NCBI GenBank assembly: GCA_021296235.1
Contig: JAGWAS010000004.1
Location: 91,534-155,533, forward strand
Direction: 5' to 3'
Source: Paracoccaceae bacterium
Lineage (GTDB): Bacteria; Pseudomonadota; Alphaproteobacteria; Rhodobacterales; Rhodobacteraceae
Length of the DNA: 64,000 bases
The notes below the pieces were generated by a model, which had not been told where the DNA came from, ran no database searches, and saw nothing but the letters and a program-made list of their open reading frames with translations. Below, one piece after another: positions 27,927 through 37,318 of the stretch (positions within the stretch are counted from its first letter, which is position 1; every line of letters starts with the position of its first letter). A program made the position numbers and the translations under genes.

Positions 27927-28594
27927 ACTACGAAAGGAAGCCCGCGCAAATATACCGCCTGAGCTTTTCGCGGGTACGGCAGGAGGCAGACCTCAGCCGC
28001 TACACCAGAAGCCAGGCGGACGTTGCCGTTAGGATCATTCACGCCTGCGGCATGGTCGGGCTTGGCACAGAACTCGAGTTCTCCGGCGGTTTTGAGACCG
28101 CCGGTCGGGACGCACTTCTGCGGGGAGCGCCAATTCATTGCGACGGCAAAATGACGGCGGCCGGAATTATCCGGCGTTCATTGCCGGCGCAGAACAGGAT
28201 CGTCGTAACGGTCGACAGCCATGAAACCACGGAACTTGCCAACAAATTGGAAACCACGAGGTCCGCCGCCGCTGTCGATGCTTGGACATCGGAACTCGAA
28301 GGATCCGTCGTTGCCATTGGCAACGCACCGACTGCCCTATTCCGACTGTTGGAGATTGTGGATGGGGGAGGCCCCAGTCCGGCATTGGTCATTGGCTTCC
28401 CGGTGGGTTTTGTCGGTGCGGCTGAAAGCAAGGCAGCACTTGCCGCAAGGCGGCGGCGTTTCGAATATATCACCCTGCCCGGAACAAAGGGCGGCTCGGC
28501 AATGGCAGCCGCCGCCGTCAATGCAATCGCTCTCGCATGCGGGCGAAATCCGGATGCCGAACCGCCCGAAGGCGCAGGAGGGGTTGGCGGTTGA
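27923..28594 (+). CDS. cobH: precorrin-8X methylmutase
   Basis: TTG start overlaps the cbiX stop (TTGA). YERKPAQIYRLSFSRVRQEADL..VAVRIIHACGM..APIHCDGKMTAAGI..IGNAPTALFRLLE matches CobH/CbiC. Confidence 0.9.
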   Translation: MNYERKPAQIYRLSFSRVRQEADLSRYTRSQADVAVRIIHACGMVGLGTELEFSGGFETAGRDALLRGAPIHCDGKMTAAGIIRRSLPAQNRIVVTVDSHETTELANKLETTRSAAAVDAWTSELEGSVVAIGNAPTALFRLLEIVDGGGPSPALVIGFPVGFVGAAESKAALAARRRRFEYITLPGTKGGSAMAAAAVNAIALACGRNPDAEPPEGAGGVGG

Positions 28595-29802
28595 CCCATT
28601 GGATTGACATCATTGGCATCGGCGAGGACGGATTGAAGGGACTTGCCGAACCTGCGCTCACGGCGCTTGAACATGCAGAGGTGATCATCGGCGGCAGCCG
28701 CCATCACGACCTCACTCTCGGGCTTTCGGCCAAGCGCGTGAAGTGGCCGGAACCCTTCTCCGAAATGACCGAGACGATCAATCAATACCGACACAGTCGG
28801 CTTGCCGTACTCGTTACGGGCGACCCGCTTTGGTTTTCCGCTGGCGCAAAGATTGCAAGAGCGTTTCCGCCGGAGGAGTTGCGGTTCCATCCCAATTTGT
28901 CCGCGTTTCAGCTGGCATGCTCAAGAATGCGCTGGAGCCTTGCCGACACCGAAACGCTGACGGTCCATGGCAGACCGATCCAGCAGATCATTCCCTGGTT
29001 CGCCCAGAATGCAAGAATGGCGGTGCTGACCGGTGGAAGCGGGGCCCCGGGAGACATCGCCCGCCTGCTGTCCGCCCATGGATTTGCCGGCAGCGAGATG
29101 ACAGTGCTGGCGGCACTGGGCGGGCCGGATGAGCAACGCATTGCGGGCTTGGCCGAGGACTGGGCCACAAATGATCCGAAGGAGAGGATTCCGCCCTTCC
29201 ACACGCTTTGCATTGAATGCCGTGCCGACCAAGGAAGCATCCCCTTGGCGAGAGGACCGGGCCTTCCGGACGGAGCATTCGAAACCGATGGCAAGTTCAC
29301 GAAGCGGGAAGTTCGCGCAGTTACCCTCAGCGCCCTTGCACCGCGCCGGCACGCGCTGCTGTGGGACATCGGAACCGGGTGCGGCACAATCGCGGTCGAA
29401 TGGATGCGGGCTGCAGCCGATGCGAAAGCCATAGGCGTGGATCCGGTTGAGCGACGACTTGAAATTGCAAGGAGGAACGCGCTGGCGCTCGGCGCGCCTC
29501 GACTGCAGCTGGTAAAGGGTGTCGCGCCGGATGCGCTTGCGGATCTGCCTGACCCCGACTCAGTGTTTGTCGGCGGTGGCCTCAAGCCGGAGGTGTTTGA
29601 AGTTGCGATGGCCCGCATAAGGCCATTCGGCCGACTTGTTGCCAATGCGGTAACCCTTGAGAGCGAAGCGTTGCTTGCGGAACTTCATCTGTCCCATGGC
29701 GGTGAACTGGTTCGGATTGCGGTTGCACGGGCATCAGATCTGGGCGGTCCAAAGGGGTGGCGCCCGCTGATGCCGGTAACGCAATGGAGGTGGAACCGAT
29801 GA
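28591..29802 (+). CDS. cobL: precorrin-6Y C5,15-methyltransferase (decarboxylating)
   Basis: TTG at 28591, 10 nt after AGGAGGGG, overlaps the cobH stop (TTGA). WIDIIGIGEDGL... is the CbiE-like half. FTKREVRAVTLSALAPRRHALLWDIGTGCGTIAVEW is the CbiT-like SAM-methyltransferase half. Confidence 0.9.
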   Translation: MTHWIDIIGIGEDGLKGLAEPALTALEHAEVIIGGSRHHDLTLGLSAKRVKWPEPFSEMTETINQYRHSRLAVLVTGDPLWFSAGAKIARAFPPEELRFHPNLSAFQLACSRMRWSLADTETLTVHGRPIQQIIPWFAQNARMAVLTGGSGAPGDIARLLSAHGFAGSEMTVLAALGGPDEQRIAGLAEDWATNDPKERIPPFHTLCIECRADQGSIPLARGPGLPDGAFETDGKFTKREVRAVTLSALAPRRHALLWDIGTGCGTIAVEWMRAAADAKAIGVDPVERRLEIARRNALALGAPRLQLVKGVAPDALADLPDPDSVFVGGGLKPEVFEVAMARIRPFGRLVANAVTLESEALLAELHLSHGGELVRIAVARASDLGGPKGWRPLMPVTQWRWNR

Positions 29803-30503
29803 CTGGCTCTCTTCGCTGTGTCGGTTTGGGACCCGGGGATCCCGAATTGATCACGCGCAAAGCCGAAAGGTTGATCCGTGCCGCCAGGATTATTGCGTAT
29901 CCAGCGCCAATCGGCGCCGCCAGCTTTGCCCGCAGCATTGCCGCCGAACTCATTCATCCCGATTCAGTTGAAATCCCGATTGAAATCCCGATGCAGGTTG
30001 AGCAATTTGCCGCCCTCAAGGCGTATGATACCGCGGCGATTGAGATAACCGGACATTTGGAGCGCGGCAACGATGTTGTCGTTCTTTGCCAGGGCGATCC
30101 TTTCTTTTATGGTTCGTTCATCTACCTTTTTGAGCGAATTGAAGGACGTTTCGATATCGAAGTGGTTCCGGGCGTAACCTCAATGACAGCCTGCGCTGCC
30201 GCAGCGCTGCAGCCGCTGTGCGGGCGGATTGAGACATTGACCGTTGTTCCGGCCATGTTGCCTGAAGAAGATCTCGGCGGCAGGATCCGGTCGGCGGAAC
30301 CTTTTGTTGTCATCAAGGTCGGGCGCCACATCGGCAAGATAAGGCGTTTGCTGGACCGGCTGGACCGACTGGACGGTGCGGTGTTCGTGTCACATGCCAG
30401 CTTACCCCACCAATCCTTGACGCCCCTACAAGATGCGCCGGATCCGGCACCATATTTCTCAACCGTAATTGTTCCCGGGAGCAAACTTCTTGCCGTCCGC
30501 TGA
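29799..30503 (+). CDS. cobI: precorrin-2 C20-methyltransferase
   Basis: ATGA overlap with cobL. LRCVGLGPGDPELITRKA..., GDPFFYGSF and VPGVTSMTACAA are tetrapyrrole methylase motifs. Confidence 0.9.
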   Translation: MTGSLRCVGLGPGDPELITRKAERLIRAARIIAYPAPIGAASFARSIAAELIHPDSVEIPIEIPMQVEQFAALKAYDTAAIEITGHLERGNDVVVLCQGDPFFYGSFIYLFERIEGRFDIEVVPGVTSMTACAAAALQPLCGRIETLTVVPAMLPEEDLGGRIRSAEPFVVIKVGRHIGKIRRLLDRLDRLDGAVFVSHASLPHQSLTPLQDAPDPAPYFSTVIVPGSKLLAVR

Positions 30504-32328
30504 GGCGCGTGTCCTCTGCCTGGAGGCCTCGGGACTCGAAACGGCCCTGGCCATCGCCGGACATCTCGGCACGCCCCTCATCCTGCGGCAAAACCTCGCG
30601 GTGCCGATTAAGCATGAGACAAGGCCCGATTTCGCCGGCGCGATCAGGGAGTGCTTTGCCGCGGGCATCCCGATAATCGGAATTTGTGCCGCCGGCATCC
30701 TGGTCCGGGCCCTGGCACCGCTTATTCGGGACAAGAGGACCGAACCACCGGTAATTTGTGTATCCGAAGACGGCAGTTCGGTCATTCCGCTGCTCGGCGG
30801 CCATCATGGTGGCAACGAGCTTGCGATCCGAATAGCCAAGGCAATTTCAGCGCATGCGGCGATCACGACAGCAAGCGAACTTAAGCTTGGCATTGCGCTT
30901 GACCGACCGCCCGCCGGGTGGAGATTGGAGAACCCGGCCGATGTCAAGGGCGTTGCCGCGGCAATTCTTGCCGGAAATCCTGTCAGGGTAAGCGGAGGTG
31001 AAGGATGGCTTGAGCCGCTGGAGGCAATGGCTCATGTTGAGATGGAAAAGGCACCCGACGCTGACGCACCGACGGTGTTGCAGGTATCGGGTGGCGGACG
31101 GTTGATCTGCAGACCAACAAATCTGGCCCTTGGGGTCGGATCAGTTCGCAATTGTCCCGAAGATGAGTTGATCGGCCTTGTGCGCTCAACCCTTGCCGAG
31201 GAAGGGCTCTCTGCATTCGCAGTCGAGGCGGTTTATTCCGTCGACCTGAAGTCCGACGAGGCGGCGGTCCATGCCCTTGCCCGAAACCTGGGCGTCGAAG
31301 CCCGCTTCTTTCCTCCGGAGCGGTTGGAACTCGAATCCGATCGGCTTTCGAACCCATCTGCCGAGGTATTTCGCGAAATCGGCTGCCATGGCGTCTGCGA
31401 AGCAGCGGCGCTGGCCGCAGCAGGCCCGCGCGGCAAACTGCTCATCGACAAGCGGAAATCGGCCAACGCAACCGTCGCCGTTGCAAGGATGGGCGAACCG
31501 AGGGGCGAGACCGGCACCCGCAGGGGCCGGCTGGCACTGGTTGGGCTGGGCCCTGGCCGGGCCGATCTCCGAACTCTTGAGGCCACCAAGCTGCTGGTCG
31601 AAGCCGACGAGCTTGTCGGCTACTCAATGTATCTCGACATGGTTGGTCATCTTGCGAACGGAAAGACACTTCACGCCTTCAACATCGGCGAGGAGGAGGA
31701 AAGGTGCCGTTTTGCACTTGAACGGGCCGGTGCCGGAGTCTCCGTTGCCCTTGTTTGTTCAGGCGACGCCGGAATTTACGCAATGGGTGCGCTGGTTATG
31801 GAATTGCTGGCAAGGGGTGGCGATCGGCGAGGGGTAAGTGCAGCTGCAAGAAGGGCCGCAATTGAATGTGCGCCCGGCATCACCGCAATGCAGGCAGCGG
31901 CGGCAAAGGCGGGAGCATTGCTTGGTCACGATTTCTGCGCAATATCGCTGTCGGATCTCCTGACGCCCAGGGAGGACATCCTCCGGCGGGTAAGAATGGC
32001 CGCCGAAGGTGATTTTGTTGTGGGATTCTACAATCCGGTCTCAAGGAAACGGCGGCAACTGATCGGGGAAGCCAGGGACATTCTTCTCGAATGCAGGCGC
32101 GCCGAAACTCCGGTGATCATTGCCCATCGCATTGGACGCGAAGGCGAGCGGCTTGCCGTCGGAAGACTTGATGAACTCACCGCTGATGATCTGGACATGC
32201 TGAGCATCGTTCTCGTCGGAAGCAGCACCTCAACCGCTTTCGCTCTGGGTGATTCCGCGGCTGGTGCCGGTGGCAGGTTGGTCTATACCCCGAGGGGCTA
32301 CGTGCCGGACGGAGGCAAAACAGAATGA
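30469..32328 (+). CDS. cobJ: CbiG-like domain fused to precorrin-3B C17-methyltransferase
   Basis: 619-aa ORF. The N-terminal approximately 350 aa resemble CbiG (IIGICAAGILVRALAPLIRDKRTEPPVICVSEDGSSVIPLLGGHHGGNELA...; LALGVGSVRNCPEDEL..). The C-terminal approximately 260 aa form a CobJ/CbiH methylase (LALVGLGPGRADLRTLEA.., SGDAGIYAMG, PGITAMQAAAA). The start is uncertain (TTG 30469 or 30490) and overlaps the cobI end. Confidence 0.85.
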   Translation: MFPGANFLPSAEARVLCLEASGLETALAIAGHLGTPLILRQNLAVPIKHETRPDFAGAIRECFAAGIPIIGICAAGILVRALAPLIRDKRTEPPVICVSEDGSSVIPLLGGHHGGNELAIRIAKAISAHAAITTASELKLGIALDRPPAGWRLENPADVKGVAAAILAGNPVRVSGGEGWLEPLEAMAHVEMEKAPDADAPTVLQVSGGGRLICRPTNLALGVGSVRNCPEDELIGLVRSTLAEEGLSAFAVEAVYSVDLKSDEAAVHALARNLGVEARFFPPERLELESDRLSNPSAEVFREIGCHGVCEAAALAAAGPRGKLLIDKRKSANATVAVARMGEPRGETGTRRGRLALVGLGPGRADLRTLEATKLLVEADELVGYSMYLDMVGHLANGKTLHAFNIGEEEERCRFALERAGAGVSVALVCSGDAGIYAMGALVMELLARGGDRRGVSAAARRAAIECAPGITAMQAAAAKAGALLGHDFCAISLSDLLTPREDILRRVRMAAEGDFVVGFYNPVSRKRRQLIGEARDILLECRRAETPVIIAHRIGREGERLAVGRLDELTADDLDMLSIVLVGSSTSTAFALGDSAAGAGGRLVYTPRGYVPDGGKTE

Positions 32329-33089
32329 CGGTCTACTTCATCGGCGCCGGACCCGGCGCCCCCGACTTGATTACGGTTCGGGGCAAACGGCTTATCGAAG
32401 CTTGCCCGGTTTGCCTTTATGCCGGTTCGCTTGTCCCGAAGGAGCTGGTTGAGTGCGCACCGAAGGACGCAACGATCATGGACACGGCTCCGATGACACT
32501 TGACGAGATCATCGGGATCATCAGGAAGGTCTCATCGGATGGTTGCGACGTAGCGCGGGTTCATTCTGGCGACCCGAGTCTTTACGGTGCGATTGCCGAA
32601 CAAATCCGGAGACTTGATGACGCCGGCATTGATCATGAGATTGTGCCCGGTGTGCCCGCATTCGCAGCTGCGGCAGCCGCATGCGGCATTGAGCTGACCA
32701 TCCCTGAGGTTGCCCAGACTGTCATACTGACTCGCACCTCCATGAAATCATCCGACATGCCAGCAACCGAAGATTTGGAGATCCTGGGGCAATCCGGAGC
32801 AACGCTCGCAATTCATCTTTCGGTTCGGAACTCAAGGTCGATTGAACGCAAGCTGATTCCGCTCTACGGCGACAGCTGTCCGGTCATCATTGCCTATCGC
32901 GTCGGTTGGCCCGACCAGAACATCATCCGGACCGACTTGGCTTCGCTTCACGCCCGGATTCGGGAGCACAAAATCACCCGAACCGCACTGATCCTGGTTG
33001 GTCCGGCACTTGCCGCCGGGAATTTTCGCGAAAGCGCCCTTTATGATGCATCACATCGGCATGTGCTGAGACCGTTCACCAGCCCTTAG
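32325..33089 (+). CDS. cobM: precorrin-4 C11-methyltransferase
   Basis: ATGA overlap with cobJ. MTVYFIGAGPGAPDLITVRG.., HSGDPSLYGA and VPGVPAFAAAAA. Confidence 0.9.
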   Translation: MTVYFIGAGPGAPDLITVRGKRLIEACPVCLYAGSLVPKELVECAPKDATIMDTAPMTLDEIIGIIRKVSSDGCDVARVHSGDPSLYGAIAEQIRRLDDAGIDHEIVPGVPAFAAAAAACGIELTIPEVAQTVILTRTSMKSSDMPATEDLEILGQSGATLAIHLSVRNSRSIERKLIPLYGDSCPVIIAYRVGWPDQNIIRTDLASLHARIREHKITRTALILVGPALAAGNFRESALYDASHRHVLRPFTSP

Positions 33090-34421
33090 GAATGTCCTCC
33101 CGGTGAGGGTCGGCACCACAAATCACATGAGCAAATGACCCGCTAACGCTACCGTTGATGCTGCCGATCTCACCGAGTTGATTGCCGTTGGCATCCACTG
33201 CTTCAAAGAGATGCCGACCAACCATGCCGGGTTCGGAAGACGCGTAGTGGAATTCATGTCCGGCCAGGATTCCCGTGAACGGCGCTCCATCAAGTGTGCG
33301 CAGCAAGCGGTACCCGAGATGAAGCTTGGGCTTTTTGAACGATGTCGAGTGCGCCAGCAGGCCGAGCATCCGATGGCATTCCCCTTCCCCACCGATAAGT
33401 CCCTGTCCCAGTACCATATAGCCGCCACATTCTCCGTAGACCTTTGCATTGCGGGAGGCGGCAGCATGCATGCCCCGGCGGAAACGCCCGGCATTCGCAA
33501 TTCTTCCGGGATGAAGTTCAGGATAACCTCCCGGAAGATAGACGGCATCGGAGTTGGCATCCGGCATCTCGTCATCCAACGGCGAAAAGAATGACAATTC
33601 TGAACCCGCTTGGCGCCAAGCTGCGAGAATGTGTTCATAGACAAAAACAAAGGCATCATCGCGGGCGATCGAAATTCGTTGCCCCGGCGGATGCAGGCAT
33701 GGTCTTGTCTCTGTTGCGGCGAAAGGCACTGTCGGCGCTGCCAAGGCAAGCAAAGCCTCCACATCCACTCCGGATTCAATTGCATGCGCTGCCCGGTCGA
33801 GGAATGCGTCAACTTGCGGATGCTCCCCTGCAGGAACAAGTCCCAAATGGCGCGAAGGCGTCGCCAGTTTGTCATCCTTGAGCAACCCGCCAAAAACCGG
33901 GATACCGTGCCGGCCCATGGCGGTGCGGACAATTCGCTCATGCCGCCGAGAACCAAGGCGATTGAGTATCACACCCCGAAAATCGATCCCGGGCATGGCA
34001 ATCCGAAGGCCAAGAACCGGAAGCACGGAGGATTCGCCCTGCTTTGAGACATCAATCACCAAAACGACCGGAAGACCAAGTGATCCGGCAAGATGGGCGG
34101 TGCTTCCCAACTGATTGGAACCGGCACCGTCAAGCACCCCCATGGCCCCTTCAACAAGGAGGAGGCGATCATCTGTCGGGCAGCGACCGGTTTGTGCCGC
34201 CAGCATCCGCAAATTTGTTGCAGACATGGCCCAGGCATCAAGATTGATTGAAGGAAATCCGGTGGCGGCTGCCTGAAAGGTCGGATCAATGTAATCAGGA
34301 CCGCTCTTGGCAGCCTGCACCGGCACGCCACTTCTTGCCAACAACCTGAGAAGTTGCCGGATGAAGATGCAGGGGACGCAAATACAATTCCCCGACACCC
34401 GCTCACTCCGATTCCCCCCAT
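33076..34421 (-). pseudogene. cobB: cobyrinate a,c-diamide synthase, reading frame apparently disrupted at the Walker-A loop
   Basis: The body (..LLRLLARSGVPVQAAKSGPDYIDPTFQAAATG..VEGAMGVLDG.., C-terminal GATase with ECGGYMVLG) is clearly CobB/CbiA. The matching N-terminus MGGIGVSGCRGIVFASPASSSGN (ATG 34421, overlapping the cobA stop) is in a different frame, and the GKTT.T.G segment is missing (junction about 34353-34358). See findings. Confidence 0.6.
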
Positions 34422-35317
34422 CGGAAATTTGAGTCTGAAGCCAGGGGATCAAGCGTTCTCGGCGCAGCCCCCTCCAACTGTGCCATCCAGTCGATCGCCA
34501 TCCTGAACCTGACATTTTCGCCGATGCATATGATCGCCGGGGATCCGATCCCGGCCCGCTCCACATCCGCTGCGGCACCTTCAAGCGTCGTTTCAAGAAT
34601 TCTCTGGTTTGCCAGTGTTGCATTCTGAACGACCAGAACCGGTTCAGAGCTTGGCCTGCCTCCCCTGATCAACGGCTTGGTGATCTCCGCTAGATTTGTG
34701 ATCGCCATGTAGAGCACGATCAGTTGCGACCCCTTCGCCACTCCCACCCAATCAACCGCATTCGGGGCAACACCCCACCTGTCGTGACCGGTAATGAACG
34801 TTACCGACTGATTCGTGTCCCGATGGGTGGCAGGGACACCTGCATAGGCCAAGCCGGCGATCCCGGCAGTTATTCCCGGTGTCATCCTGATTGGAATCCC
34901 TGCACGAACGAGCGCCAGCGCCTCCTCGCCTCCCCGGCCAAACACAAAAGGATCTCCGCCCTTGAGCCGAGCCACGCGCTTGCCCTCCCTTGCATGCCGC
35001 ACGAGACGCAATGTAATGTCTTTTTGGCTCGGGGACGGCTTTCCGCCGCGCTTTCCGGCATATTCAACCTTAACACCCTCTCGGGCAAAGCCAAGGATAT
35101 CCCGGTTGAACAGGGCATCATGGACAATGACATCCGCTTGGCGCAGCGCATTGAGGCCATGCAGTGTCAGAAGTCCGGGATCACCCGGACCGGCTCCGAT
35201 AAGCCAGACCAGGCCTTTTTGGAATTCCGGCCAGTCCACCCGGTCGGGAAGCGCCGGATACGCGCCGCTGCGCCCGGACTCTTCAAGCTCCCCCGGGCCA
35301 CCAACTTCAGAATTCAC
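34403..35317 (-). CDS. cobA: uroporphyrinogen-III C-methyltransferase (SUMT)
   Basis: LVWLIGAGPGDPGLLTLHGLNALRQADVIVHDAL, GKRGGKPS, LKGGDPFVFGRGGEE and PGITAGIAGLAYAGVPATHR. Start assigned to GTG 35317, 6 nt after GGGAGG. In-frame ATGs at 35374 and 35389 would overlap the divergent cbiD start. Confidence 0.85.
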   Translation of the reverse strand: MNSEVGGPGELEESGRSGAYPALPDRVDWPEFQKGLVWLIGAGPGDPGLLTLHGLNALRQADVIVHDALFNRDILGFAREGVKVEYAGKRGGKPSPSQKDITLRLVRHAREGKRVARLKGGDPFVFGRGGEEALALVRAGIPIRMTPGITAGIAGLAYAGVPATHRDTNQSVTFITGHDRWGVAPNAVDWVGVAKGSQLIVLYMAITNLAEITKPLIRGGRPSSEPVLVVQNATLANQRILETTLEGAAADVERAGIGSPAIICIGENVRFRMAIDWMAQLEGAAPRTLDPLASDSNFRWGESE

Positions 35318-35387
35318 TGTTGGCCTCCCTACGTGACGATGCCGATTGTTCTTTTCATTATCCGATAACTTCATATTGTTCCACTTC

Positions 35388-36503
35388 ATGGGGCGCGGCA
35401 CGACAAGAAAACTTCGAACCGGATTCACGACCGGAGCCTGTGCGACCGCCGCCGCGGCCTCGGCTTGCCGGGCGCTGCTCACCGGACACTGGACCGATCC
35501 GATCACCATCCGCCTAACCAACGGGCAGACACCGTCGTTTCCGCTGGAAGTCGCAGAAACCGGGAGTGGCTGGGCCCGGGCCGCCGTCCGAAAGGATGCC
35601 GGCGATGATCCGGACGTTACCCACAAAGCGCTGATAGTTGCCAAGGTGGCGCCGGGAGCGCCTGGCTCTGGGGTCACATTTCGTGCAGGTCCCGGTGTTG
35701 GCACGGTAACCAAACCGGGCCTTCCGCTGGATGTCGGCGAGGCCGCAATCAACCCTGTGCCGCGCCGGATGATCAGTGAAGCGCTGGCCGAAGTGGCAGA
35801 GGAATTGGATCAGGCATGTGATTTCGACGTGGAAATCGCTGTTCCCGGCGGTGAGGAACTTGCACTGAAAACCTGGAATCCCCGTCTTGGAATCGAGGGC
35901 GGACTGTCAATTCTTGGAACCACGGGCATCGTTAAACCGTATTCATGCGCGGCTTGGATTGCTTCAATTCATCTTGGTGTCGATGTCGCCAGGGCCAACG
36001 GCCTTGGGCATGTTGTCGCTTCGACCGGATCCACCTCTGAGGCGGCGGCAAAGAAAATTTACCGTCTTCCAGACTCCGCCATGCTTGACATGGGCGATTT
36101 TGTCGGCGGGTTGCTAAAATATGTGCGTCGCCATCCGTTGCCGAAGATCACCATTGCCGGCGGCTTTGGCAAACTGACAAAACTGGCGCAGGGCGCCACC
36201 GACCTGCACTCGTCCCGTTCGCAGGTGGATTTCGCGGGCCTTGAATCACTGGCGAAGGGCCACTGCGCGTCCGTCGGCTCTGATGCCTTGAGTTGCATTG
36301 GGTCCGCCAACACGGCCAAGCAGGCACTTGAGATTGCCGGTCCGGCCCTGGCCGACGCAATTGCAGACCTGGCAATGGCAACCGCCGAACGGACGCTGCG
36401 GGACGCACCAACCGATGTCGAGGTGATGATCTTCGATCGGAACGGGATGCTGGTTTCCCGTCGAAGCCGAGTGCCCTTCCCGCCTCTTCATGGGAAGAAA
36501 TGA
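35388..36503 (+). CDS. cbiD: CbiD-type cobalt-precorrin-5B (C1)-methyltransferase homologue
   Basis: LRTGFTTGACATAAA..., AAVRKDAGDDPDVTH, INPVPRRMI and LSILGTTGIVKPYSCAAW are CbiD family motifs. It is divergent from cobA across an approximately 70-bp AT-rich spacer. Confidence 0.85.
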   Translation: MGRGTTRKLRTGFTTGACATAAAASACRALLTGHWTDPITIRLTNGQTPSFPLEVAETGSGWARAAVRKDAGDDPDVTHKALIVAKVAPGAPGSGVTFRAGPGVGTVTKPGLPLDVGEAAINPVPRRMISEALAEVAEELDQACDFDVEIAVPGGEELALKTWNPRLGIEGGLSILGTTGIVKPYSCAAWIASIHLGVDVARANGLGHVVASTGSTSEAAAKKIYRLPDSAMLDMGDFVGGLLKYVRRHPLPKITIAGGFGKLTKLAQGATDLHSSRSQVDFAGLESLAKGHCASVGSDALSCIGSANTAKQALEIAGPALADAIADLAMATAERTLRDAPTDVEVMIFDRNGMLVSRRSRVPFPPLHGKK

Positions 36504-37318
36504 GCGAACCGTTCAGGGTTCTGGTTCTGGCAGGAACGCGCGAAGCGCGGAAACTGTGCGGAACGCTTGCAGCAGTGAACGGCATTCACACTACCGCATC
36601 GCTGGCGGGAGTGGTCAGTTCACCCACCGAATATCCGGTCCCGGTCATCAGCGGCGGTTTTGGCGGTTTCAGGGGGTTGGCATCGGCGCTGCAGCGCAAT
36701 CGGATCAACCTTCTTGTCGATGCCACCCATCCATTTGCCGCAATCATAAGCGTAAACGCGATTAAGGCGGCGGAATTGACCGCCGTGGAAATTGCAAAGC
36801 TTGAGCGTCCGGCCTGGCAGGTATGCGGCCAGAAAGATTGGCAAGAACATCCATCGCTCGGTGAAGCCGTGCGGGCAATTCCCTCCGGCTCAAGGGTCTT
36901 TGCACCACTGGGCGTCGGTGCCACGCGGGCAGACACCATCACCCTGCTGTCGGAAAGGCAGGATGTTGAGTTTGTTATGCGCCTTATTGAACCGCCGACG
37001 ACGGCCACACTTCCCGAGAACATCGTGGCGCACATCGTCTCAAGGCCGGAAACCGAGATTGAATCCGAAATCAACCTCCTGCGGGACCATGGCTGCACCT
37101 GCCTTCTCTGCCGCAACTCCGGCGGACTTGGCGGCATCGCCAAACTTCAGGCGGCGGCGGCCATGGGGCTGCCGGTTCATCTTGTTGCCCGACCAAAGCC
37201 GGCGCAAATTCTGCCCGAGGACCGCATTTTCAGCAACGTGTCCGTACTTGCCGATTGGATCCTTACCTTGGCCGACAACGATTCCGGTGACCTGACGACG
37301 CCCCAGAACCAGCAATAG
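36500..37318 (+). CDS. cobK: precorrin-6A reductase
   Basis: ATGA overlap with cbiD. RVLVLAGTREARKL.., LVDATHPFAA and LLCRNSGG are typical CobK/CbiJ motifs. Confidence 0.85.
   Translation: MSEPFRVLVLAGTREARKLCGTLAAVNGIHTTASLAGVVSSPTEYPVPVISGGFGGFRGLASALQRNRINLLVDATHPFAAIISVNAIKAAELTAVEIAKLERPAWQVCGQKDWQEHPSLGEAVRAIPSGSRVFAPLGVGATRADTITLLSERQDVEFVMRLIEPPTTATLPENIVAHIVSRPETEIESEINLLRDHGCTCLLCRNSGGLGGIAKLQAAAAMGLPVHLVARPKPAQILPEDRIFSNVSVLADWILTLADNDSGDLTTPQNQQ

Noticed and set aside
35318-35389. In-frame ATG starts for cobA at 35374 and 35389.
   Set aside because: The ATG at 35389 would overlap the divergent cbiD start codon, and 35374 lies only 13 nt from it. That leaves little or no promoter space and adds a non-homologous N-terminus. 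GTG 35317 has a GGGAGG RBS at ideal spacing and gives a SUMT of normal length.
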